IMG/VR virus record: IMGVR_UViG_3300037467_001806
Span: 1-64,000 of that record
DNA: 64,000 nt
From: a virus
Strand: one strand, 5' to 3'
Below the pieces are notes generated by a model. It was not told where the DNA came from and did no database searches. It saw only the letters and a list, made by a program, of their open reading frames with translations. Both the position numbers and the translations under genes were made by a program. Every line of letters begins with the position of its first letter. Positions within the stretch are counted from its first letter, which is position 1. This document shows, piece after piece, positions 43,332 through 49,530 of the stretch.

Positions 43332-43360
43332 ATTGTACACCTGTAGCTTTACGTTGTCAA
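43332..43360 (-). promoter_or_regulatory. sigma70-type promoter P2
   Basis: Minus strand has CTTGACAACGTAAAG (the same 15-mer as P1); TTGACA-17 nt-TACAAT. Confidence 0.65.
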
Positions 43361-43369
43361 GTCACACCC

Positions 43370-43654
43370 TCACTCATCAATCTTGAAATCCACGTCCAGC
43401 CAGTACTTGATGAGTTCACTGTTGCCAGCGTAGTCGTGTTCCAATTGTTTGGCGCCTACATGGGGCAGTATCATGAACACGCCTTCGGCAAAGGTTCGCA
43501 TGGTTTCGCCGCCCCACGCCGCGTCAAGAAGGGTCATGATGGTTTGCTCGCGTTCGGACAGCCGCGTATGCTTTACTAGCACCCGCCAATCGGTGTCCAC
43601 CTTCATGCCGTAGGTGCGGCCATCAAAAAAACCGTCGCAGAATTTAATTTTCAT
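43370..43654 (-). CDS. small protein (weak paralogue family resemblance)
   Basis: TIMTLLDAAWGGETMRTFAEGV; 94 aa. Confidence 0.6.
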   Translation of the reverse strand: MKIKFCDGFFDGRTYGMKVDTDWRVLVKHTRLSEREQTIMTLLDAAWGGETMRTFAEGVFMILPHVGAKQLEHDYAGNSELIKYWLDVDFKIDE

Positions 43655-43883
43655 TTCGCTCGTCCTCGTCTATTTCCACGTATCGAATTTCTATCTCGCG
43701 CCTGAGCCCCATGGCATGCAGCAAGGGGTCAGGGATCGGTGTTTTCTCTTTGGCACACATGTTCAATAGCGCCGGGCTGTAACCCAGGCAGCGCGCTGCG
43801 GCTTTATACGAACCACCGCTTCGCTCGATCAGCCTCTTGAACCGGCGCAACAACTCATCCTTGTCGATGGTCTTAGTAGCCAT
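43644..43883 (-). CDS. HTH DNA-binding protein (Cro/CI-type-like)
   Basis: ATG at 43883 (MATKTIDKDELLRRF..). SYKAAARCLGYSPALLNMCAKEK is HTH-like. Confidence 0.6.
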   Translation of the reverse strand: MATKTIDKDELLRRFKRLIERSGGSYKAAARCLGYSPALLNMCAKEKTPIPDPLLHAMGLRREIEIRYVEIDEDERNEN

Positions 43884-44301
43884 CTTCGTCGTAGTCACCC
43901 AAGTCGTAGAAGATATAGCCGTAGTATGGGCCTCTGCGGCCAACGCCTTTGATGGACGAGTAGCCGTCGTCATCACATGCAGCGTCAAGCAGCAGCATTT
44001 CGACCCTGAAGCGCTTCGGATAACGCCGCCAGTAATACCTGTGCCGCTTCCCATCTTTGAGCACGGTAGATTTCAATTCAGGGCGGAGCAAGCACCACAA
44101 GGCATGGACCATAGCGGTCGCGCCCGCTCCAAACGCAATGCCCTTCAGTATCGCAAGCGCAACAGTAACTGCCGTGGAATTGTCCGGTGCGTCTTGGAAG
44201 TAGCGTGCCACTGCGTATAGCGCGACGGCGCCGCCTGCAAATAGGCCTTCGGGCGCGACTTCGTCCATGCGCCGCCAGGCGCGTTTTAACCAGTTCTTCA
44301 A
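43873..44301 (-). CDS. membrane protein with C-terminal paralogue-family domain (TTG start inferred; alternative ATG at 44268)
   Basis: Leader L10, then TTG at the usual spacing. Two hydrophobic segments, then EMLLLDAACDDDGYSSIKGVGR. Confidence 0.45.
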   Translation of the reverse strand: MKNWLKRAWRRMDEVAPEGLFAGGAVALYAVARYFQDAPDNSTAVTVALAILKGIAFGAGATAMVHALWCLLRPELKSTVLKDGKRHRYYWRRYPKRFRVEMLLLDAACDDDGYSSIKGVGRRGPYYGYIFYDLGDYDEDGY

Positions 44302-44306
44302 TTGAA

Positions 44307-44324
44307 TCCTCACTTACAAGTTAG
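44307..44324 (-). repeat. conserved leader element copy L10
   Basis: Minus strand reads CTAACTTGTAAGTGAGGA. The upstream TAA stop lies inside CTAAC. Confidence 0.7.
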
Positions 44325-44569
44325 GTTTGCTTGAGTGCGATAACCACGCTACGAATGACGATGCGCCGCAGCTTGGCATCTTGGTTGCACCATCGCACTG
44401 TGTCGTTATGCTGAAGTCGTTGGACGAGATAGATCACTTGCTGTCTGTGCGCAGACATGCTCAATACAGCGTCAGGTTTCCAGGAACAGATAGAGGGGTT
44501 TGCAGGGTCTTGCTGTGTAGCAACAGGGCAATCGGCGCAGTGGTGCGCGTGCTGCGGGCGTGACGGCAT
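44321..44569 (-). CDS. hypothetical small protein, first ORF downstream of promoter P6
   Basis: ATG at 44569 after GGAGACTT (MPSRPQHAHHCADCP..). Lower coding quality than its neighbours. Confidence 0.45.
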   Translation of the reverse strand: MPSRPQHAHHCADCPVATQQDPANPSICSWKPDAVLSMSAHRQQVIYLVQRLQHNDTVRWCNQDAKLRRIVIRSVVIALKQT

Positions 44570-44670
44570 AAGTCTCCAATCCTTCAATGCTTGTTGTTGG
44601 ATCAAATTCTTGTGTCGTTTGTAGGATTAGTTTGACCTCTGTTGTAGGAGGCTTGCCGACACTGCCTGTC

Positions 44671-44698
44671 ATATTAAGCGCGTGCATGTTTCTGTCAA
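44671..44698 (-). promoter_or_regulatory. sigma70-type promoter P6
   Basis: Minus strand has TTGACA-16 nt-TAATAT. Confidence 0.55.
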
Positions 44699-44705
44699 GC
44701 GTTAA

Positions 44706-44951
44706 TTACAGTTGCTCTGAGTCACGCTTTGCAAACGTAAACCATTCGCTGCCGTCACAGCATTGACGGAGATAAGTGCCCACACCTACGATCGACGCAA
44801 TTTCCCAATCGGGTGAGACGCCGGGCGCAGCCGCGGCGCGCAGCAGCTCTATGCTCGTGCTCCAGTCACCCGGTGGTTTAAACGGTGACATCGCGTCCCC
44901 AACGTAGTGGCCGTTTACCCACGTATCGCTCACCCTATAAAACGTCTTCAT
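44706..44951 (-). CDS. small protein, paralogue family member
   Basis: Core SIELLRAAAAPGVSPDWEIASIVGVGT; leader L11 upstream. Confidence 0.65.
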   Translation of the reverse strand: MKTFYRVSDTWVNGHYVGDAMSPFKPPGDWSTSIELLRAAAAPGVSPDWEIASIVGVGTYLRQCCDGSEWFTFAKRDSEQL

Positions 44952-44956
44952 TCACA

Positions 44957-44975
44957 TCCTCACTTTACAAGTTAG
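44957..44975 (-). repeat. conserved leader element copy L11
   Basis: Minus strand reads CTAACTTGTAAAGTGAGGA. The upstream stop TAA lies in the spacer. Confidence 0.7.
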
Positions 44976-45213
44976 TTTGTTCTTTACTCTGTAAATAAAA
45001 CGTCTCGTGCGTGGCTCTGAAGTAGGAGCCCACACCTTCAATGACGGCCAGCCCGCCCCACGAACCCTTTGGCTGCGCCGCCGCGCGCAGTATGTTCATG
45101 GCATCCTCGTATTCTGCTGGCGCCTCGTTTATGAACTTCATGCGTTCAGCAGGGACCGAGTAGTAGCCAAACTGTTTGTCATATACACACCCCAGATATA
45201 CATACAATTGCAT
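44965..45213 (-). CDS. small protein, paralogue family member
   Basis: LYVYLGCVY.. with core AMNILRAAAQPKGSWGGLAVIEGVGS. Confidence 0.65.
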   Translation of the reverse strand: MQLYVYLGCVYDKQFGYYSVPAERMKFINEAPAEYEDAMNILRAAAQPKGSWGGLAVIEGVGSYFRATHETFYLQSKEQTNL

Positions 45214-45248
45214 CGTGTCCTCTCACTTAACAATGTCAATTAACAACA

Positions 45249-45277
45249 ATTATACGCTTGTTGTTACTACTTGTCAA
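45249..45277 (-). promoter_or_regulatory. sigma70-type promoter P4 (tandem TTGACATTGACA)
   Basis: Minus strand has TTGACA-17 nt-TATAAT. A second TTGACA lies directly upstream (45278-45283). Short leader to the ATG at 45213. Confidence 0.6.
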
Positions 45278-45527
45278 TGTCAAGCGGTAGCCACACGAGT
45301 GTGCAGTTATGTACCACCAAGACCTGACCGTACCCAGCGATACACGCTACGCCGTCATCGTCCACGGCTGCAAGCAAGACCGGCAGGCGCTCATCCATCA
45401 CGGCCTTGATAGCATCAGGCAGGGCGCAGTAGTGCTGGCTATAAGATTTAAACCCTCCTTCGTATCGGTTCTTGTCCGGCAAATACTTTGCATCCTGGTA
45501 GACGATGACGGGTTTATGTGTAGCCAT
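45267..45527 (-). CDS. small protein, paralogue family member
   Basis: ATG at 45527, 1 nt after the upstream TGA. Core LPVLLAAVDDDGVACIAGYGQ. Confidence 0.55.
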   Translation of the reverse strand: MATHKPVIVYQDAKYLPDKNRYEGGFKSYSQHYCALPDAIKAVMDERLPVLLAAVDDDGVACIAGYGQVLVVHNCTLVWLPLDIDK

Positions 45528-45528
45528 A

Positions 45529-45912
45529 TCACACCTTCGCCCGCGAGTAGCGGTAGTAGTTATCAAGTTCAAGCTCTGATGTGGGGTAAGACACGATGAA
45601 GTTCGGGTCGTACTCAAGCTGCTTGGTTGCAGCGAAGTACTTCAGATTAGCTCTGTCTGTCACCACCACATAGGTCAGTTGCGGCCCGACGATATAGGCC
45701 ACGCACGCATTACGTTTCAAGTCACGCCCCGTCTTCAGCCTCCATACCTCATGGCTGGTCATCACTATGCGCTGCCGCCGCTTGCTCCATGCGTTTGACG
45801 GTGCGCCGTAGAAGAAACGTACGATGCCGCTGTTACTCGCGTCCATCACATCGCTACTGCCGAGCTGAATTATTTTCACAGGCTCTTTGCACTCCAGTAT
45901 TACAGCACTCAT
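45529..45912 (-). CDS. hypothetical protein
   Basis: ATGA coupling; 127 aa. Confidence 0.65.
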   Translation of the reverse strand: MSAVILECKEPVKIIQLGSSDVMDASNSGIVRFFYGAPSNAWSKRRQRIVMTSHEVWRLKTGRDLKRNACVAYIVGPQLTYVVVTDRANLKYFAATKQLEYDPNFIVSYPTSELELDNYYRYSRAKV

Positions 45913-46667
45913 TTGTTGTCCCCTTCATCCAGTGCGTCCCAACCCTTCGGTTTCTCACGTAGAAAGTTAGGATTGTTCTTCGGGTCGATGATCTTGGCGT
46001 TAGCGATCATCTGTCCCAGCCCCGCCAAGAACTTCTCGCGCTCTTCAGGTGTGCGCGCAGCCACTTGGTCGCGTGCGAGCGCCTTAGCTGCCACCCCTGG
46101 GTCCGCCTTGTCAATCGTGATGGCTACCTGCACAGCGGCCGAGTGCATCCAAGATCGGGAACGCTTGGCCTTGATTCCATCCAGCGTAACAGTGCGCATC
46201 AGCGCAGCACCCAAGGCGTGCAGGTAGCTGTCCTGTATTTCGGTGGTTCGCACTGTATGCTTCAAGCCGCCAGATGCATCTTGTGTGATGGCGCCTTTGC
46301 TGACATGGACTTCATAACGCGCCAGATGATGGCGCAGCGCAGTCAAGGCCTGAGCCGCGGTGATGGTGACGGAGGGATCGGGATGGCCCGGCAAGGGGAT
46401 GGCATGTGGATCAGATAGCAAGTCTTGTTCAAGTATGGTGGGCTTGAGTCGCGCCCTTGCATAACGTCCGATGCGTCCAGAATGGGCTTTTCGCAGGCAT
46501 CCGCACGATTTGGTATTGCCTGCACTGAGCGAATAGACAATATATTCCTTGGTTGTGCCGCACGAGCAGCGGGCCGCCCAGTAATGCGGTTTTACAGATG
46601 GATACAGAAGGGTGAGTTCGCCGAAGCGATCCCCAGCTTGGAATTTGGTTTGGTTTGTGCGTGGCAT
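45909..46667 (-). CDS. putative zinc-finger DNA-binding protein, first gene left of the AT-rich region
   Basis: N-terminal WAARCSCGTTKEYIVYSLSAGNTKSCGC (a CxC..CGC pattern seen in phage DNA-binding/HNH-associated modules). Confidence 0.6.
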   Translation of the reverse strand: MPRTNQTKFQAGDRFGELTLLYPSVKPHYWAARCSCGTTKEYIVYSLSAGNTKSCGCLRKAHSGRIGRYARARLKPTILEQDLLSDPHAIPLPGHPDPSVTITAAQALTALRHHLARYEVHVSKGAITQDASGGLKHTVRTTEIQDSYLHALGAALMRTVTLDGIKAKRSRSWMHSAAVQVAITIDKADPGVAAKALARDQVAARTPEEREKFLAGLGQMIANAKIIDPKNNPNFLREKPKGWDALDEGDNK

Positions 46668-46697
46668 GTCAGTTGTTCAACGGAAATAGGGCTTTGT

Positions 46698-46726
46698 ATA
46701 GTATATGTTTAGGTACTCGATGTCCA
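46698..46726 (-). promoter_or_regulatory. candidate promoter P7
   Basis: Minus strand has TGGACA-17 nt-TACTAT, about 25 nt upstream of the ATG at 46667. Confidence 0.35.
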
Positions 46727-46824
46727 CTATTTCGGAAATTGGCACGCGTATTGTCAACTGAGAGCTTGCTGCAAGTGATTGATGTGTAAGGCTTATTCGG
46801 AATGTGTTGTGTTATTTGATTATT

Positions 46825-46964
46825 GTAACGGGCTAAAAAAATTTGTGAGAGGGTATACGGACCCACACGATTAAAGCCCCATTAGCCTGTTACGAAATGT
46901 AATTTGACAACACTCCACAAAAATTCTCACGGGGGGGCTTTAATTTCTTATTTAGTCCCGTTAC
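46825..46964. repeat. nested imperfect inverted repeats in the AT-rich intergenic region
   Basis: Outer arms GTAACGGGCTAAA (46825-37) and TTTAGTCCCGTTAC (46951-64). Inner arms ATTAAAGCCCC (46870-80) and GGGGCTTTAAT (46934-44). Followed by a TATATATATAAATATA tract and TAG repeats. Confidence 0.55.
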
Positions 46965-47223
46965 ACTATATATATAAATATAGATTTAGTTAGTAGTAGT
47001 AGGTAAGTGCTTGATTTTTATAGGGATATGCATCCCATGCCTTGTAGCCGACGCACGTGCCAATCTCCTGAGACACAGCGTACGACCACACATACATTTA
47101 ATATGATTATCAATTAGGTATTACGTCGCGCGGAACTGGTTAATTTTCCTGGGGCGCATGCCGCCCGGCTTGACAGCGGCATGCATGACTTGTCTATGTG
47201 AAGATGCCCACGAAAACGCGGGC

Positions 47224-47251
47224 AATAAAAAAGCCCGGACTAGCCGGGCTT
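47224..47251 (-). terminator. intrinsic terminator ending the 48.3-47.3 kb leftward unit
   Basis: Minus strand reads AAGCCCGG-CTAGT-CCGGGCTT followed by TTTTTTATT. The plus-strand reading has a weaker GTTGTTG tail. Confidence 0.7.
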
Positions 47252-47269
47252 GTTGTTGTCATGCTGTGC

Positions 47270-47449
47270 CTACTTCCATTGCGTATGCTTGGGATTCACA
47301 GTGTCAAGAATACGCTTGTCGATGCGCACATTCTCCAGATGCCAGTCGCGCCACTGCGGATCGGTATTCGCCTTTTCCTCTTCGGCGTGCATGTCGCGCC
47401 GGATCGCGTCGACCATTGCCGTCTTTTCGTAGCCAAACAGACCGTTCAT
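47270..47449 (-). CDS. 59-aa hypothetical protein (below track cutoff)
   Basis: Hand translation gives MNGLFGYEKTAMVDAIRRDMHAEEEKANTDPQWRDWHLENVRIDKRILDTVNPKHTQWK. Leader L13 upstream and a terminator downstream. Confidence 0.5.
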   Translation of the reverse strand: MNGLFGYEKTAMVDAIRRDMHAEEEKANTDPQWRDWHLENVRIDKRILDTVNPKHTQWK

Positions 47450-47453
47450 GATT

Positions 47454-47472
47454 TCCTCACTTCCGAAGTTAG
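47454..47472 (-). repeat. conserved leader element copy L13
   Basis: Minus strand reads CTAACTTCGGAAGTGAGGA, followed by AATC-ATG. It is preceded by CTTGTCAACGTAAAC, which resembles the P1/P2 -35 box. Confidence 0.7.
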
Positions 47473-47509
47473 TTTACGTTGACAAGACGGGCTTGCGCCC
47501 GTCCGGCCA

Positions 47510-48268
47510 TTACTTGCATTTGGCTTTGCGCTGCGATTCAGCCTTGAAGACGTCCTGCGCTTCATCCAGCACGTCTTCGCACATGGCCAGCACGTTCAGG
47601 AACGGCGGTTCGACTTCACCCTTGACGTTTTCTTTCAGGTACTTTGACAAGAATGCAACAAGCGGCGCCACGCCTTTCAAGCTTTCGGTGTGGGCAGGCG
47701 CGTCAGATGCGCCCACAAGCGGTTTTTCGCCTTCGTCGCCACCCTCGCTTACCTGAGCGGCTTTTTTCGCTTGTGCGGCCGTTTTGGCGGCTTTGAGCGC
47801 GGCCGCTTTCAGGTTGCCGTACAGATCGAGCGGTTGCGCGCCGCGGCCGCGCACATATTCGCGGATGCGTGACAGATAGTTATCACGGGTACCCTTGGCG
47901 ATCTCTTCCAAGCCTGCGCCCATGCGCGGCGCATTGATGGCGTCGACAAAGATCGTCCACAGTTCGCCCGGGTTGGACTGCGACGGTGCCTTGAGCATGT
48001 CGCCCGTGGCGCAATCCTTGTCGCACGTCAGGCCAAGCTCGATCATGCGATCCAGCGCATTCTTGACAACAACAATCGTCTCTTCTTTGCCGATGACCTG
48101 ATCGACGTCACGCATGCCGATGGCTTCGCCGGTTTCGGCCATCAACACGCCAAGCTTGGCGGCGACTTCGTCAGCGCTGGCTTTGCTGCGCGACTTGGCG
48201 GACAGGGATTTGGTCAAGGACTGGACGGCGGAACCGATGACGGATTCGGATTTGACATTGGCTTTCAT
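47510..48268 (-). CDS. hypothetical 252-aa protein with Ala/Lys-rich central segment
   Basis: ATG at 48268 (MKANVKSESV..); the track ORF starts upstream at 48379. Contains KAAALKAAKTAAQAKKAAQ. Confidence 0.65.
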   Translation of the reverse strand: MKANVKSESVIGSAVQSLTKSLSAKSRSKASADEVAAKLGVLMAETGEAIGMRDVDQVIGKEETIVVVKNALDRMIELGLTCDKDCATGDMLKAPSQSNPGELWTIFVDAINAPRMGAGLEEIAKGTRDNYLSRIREYVRGRGAQPLDLYGNLKAAALKAAKTAAQAKKAAQVSEGGDEGEKPLVGASDAPAHTESLKGVAPLVAFLSKYLKENVKGEVEPPFLNVLAMCEDVLDEAQDVFKAESQRKAKCK

Positions 48269-48332
48269 GATGAACCTCACATAAAGAAGTTGATGGCTTA
48301 ACTCGCTTGGCTGGATTGCCTTGCGAGATTCC

Positions 48333-48361
48333 ATAGTAGCGCAATCACTTGTCATTGTCAA
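48333..48361 (-). promoter_or_regulatory. sigma70-type promoter P5
   Basis: Minus strand reads TTGACAATGACAAG..; TTGACA-17 nt-TACTAT. Confidence 0.55.
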
Positions 48362-48379
48362 GCTGGCAGGGCGCAGCAA

Positions 48380-48398
48380 CTAACGTGGCAAGTGAGGA
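48380..48398 (+). repeat. leader element copy on the plus strand (L15)
   Basis: Plus strand reads CTAACGTGGCAAGTGAGGA, divergent from P5. There is no ATG at the usual spacing. Confidence 0.5.
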
Positions 48399-48674
48399 CT
48401 TGTCACTGTGATGTGTGAGTGTGACGCGCGTGTGATGCTGGAAGATGTGACGCGGCGCGCGGCGAGTCGTGTGTGGCTGGCGAGACCCACCGGGGGGCAG
48501 GGGGCGACTTTGTGGGCGGGAGAGCCCAACCATCTTGAATACTATTCCGGCCGAACGAGCACCACCGAAAATATTTTTACGCTACAAAAAATCCATTCAA
48601 CTTTACAACGTCAAGCCCTAAAATTTTTTATACAATTTTCCAGGACTACTTGTAAAACAAGCAACACTCTGCCC

Positions 48675-48700
48675 AAAAAAACCCCGGCCGAAGCCGGGGG
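48675..48700 (-). terminator. orphan intrinsic terminator (minus orientation)
   Basis: Minus strand reads CCCCGGC-TTCG-GCCGGGG followed by T7. No minus-strand gene lies upstream of it. Confidence 0.6.
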
Positions 48701-48774
48701 AAAACAGGACGTCGCGGGCTTCGTTTCCCACAACACGCTCGCACGGGCGAGCCAGGGCATCCTACATCAAATAC

Positions 48775-48804
48775 TTGACACAGGGAAGTGCCTGTGTGCA
48801 TCAT
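48775..48804 (+). promoter_or_regulatory. candidate late-operon promoter with overlapping palindrome
   Basis: TTGACA-18 nt-CATCAT (weak -10). The inverted repeat ACACAGG-N6-CCTGTGT (48778-48797) spans the spacer. Confidence 0.3.
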
Positions 48805-48838
48805 CGCTCCCATTCCATTTCCCAGGCGAATTATTCCT

Positions 48839-49321
48839 ATGGAGCCATGCGTCTTTCGCATGCCGTTCCCTGCGGTATTCAAGGGCGAGAGCGAGTCCAG
48901 CTTGCTGGCCAACGCACGTGCCTTCTTCGCCTCGCCACAACCTCCGCTGCACCCTTCCGACCCCGCCTATATCGCCCAGCTCGTCCAGCGGGCTGTGGTT
49001 GACACCCTCAAGCGCTTCGACTTTGTCCCGTACGACAACCCCCAGCAGATACGCAATTTCGTGGCCAACAGCCTCTTGTCGGCTGCGGCGGAGTTCAAGA
49101 CCGAGAGCGCGCGGCTCAAGGCCTTGGACATGCTGGGAAAAATGAAAGACGTGGGCTTGTTCGAAGAGCGCAGCGTGCGCCTTGTTGAACACATGACCAC
49201 CGAAGAATTGCGTGAGCGCCTGTCCGAAAAGGCCAGGCGACTGCGCGAGAAAACCATCGACGCCCAAACAGTCGATTCAACCCCGGTCCGGCAGGACCAC
49301 ATACAGGAGAACCAAGAATGA
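48839..49321 (+). CDS. terS: terminase small subunit (start uncertain: 48839 or 48860)
   Basis: ARLKALDMLGKMKDVGLFEER resembles the conserved helix of Terminase_2-type small subunits. First gene of the late block. Confidence 0.6.
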   Translation: MEPCVFRMPFPAVFKGESESSLLANARAFFASPQPPLHPSDPAYIAQLVQRAVVDTLKRFDFVPYDNPQQIRNFVANSLLSAAAEFKTESARLKALDMLGKMKDVGLFEERSVRLVEHMTTEELRERLSEKARRLREKTIDAQTVDSTPVRQDHIQENQE

Positions 49322-49530
49322 ACAACACCCAGCAAGAACTTGCCAGCGTCGGCTCAAACAGCACTATCGAGCAGGAACGTGCCGACATGCTGCGCCGCGA
49401 TAACGAATACGCGCGCATGCAGTGCCTGGCTTATGCCACCGAGCTGCACAAGGGCGCCTATGACCACACCGTGGTCTTGAAAGCGGCCCGTGCCTACTAC
49501 GACTTCATCAAGAACACCAACCAACAATGA
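49318..49530 (+). CDS. hypothetical protein
   Basis: ATGA coupling; 70 aa. Confidence 0.6.
   Translation: MNNTQQELASVGSNSTIEQERADMLRRDNEYARMQCLAYATELHKGAYDHTVVLKAARAYYDFIKNTNQQ

Noticed and set aside
21799-47472. The leader element as a sigma70 -10 box (TAACTT) with its own -35
   Set aside because: I checked several copies and found no consistent -35-like hexamer 16-18 nt upstream. The element also occurs inside operons immediately after stop codons.
47158-47482. Plus-strand track ORFs 47158-47451, 47198-47482 and 47250-47432
   Set aside because: They overlap a terminator and a minus-strand 59-aa ORF that has the conserved leader, a proper SD and a downstream terminator. Their translations are Cys/Arg/Ser-rich junk.
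48408-49145. 245-aa plus-strand ORF spanning the divergent control region
   Set aside because: It runs through an AT-rich promoter-like stretch and a terminator hairpin, and into the terS frame region out of frame. Its composition is not protein-like after the first ~40 codons.
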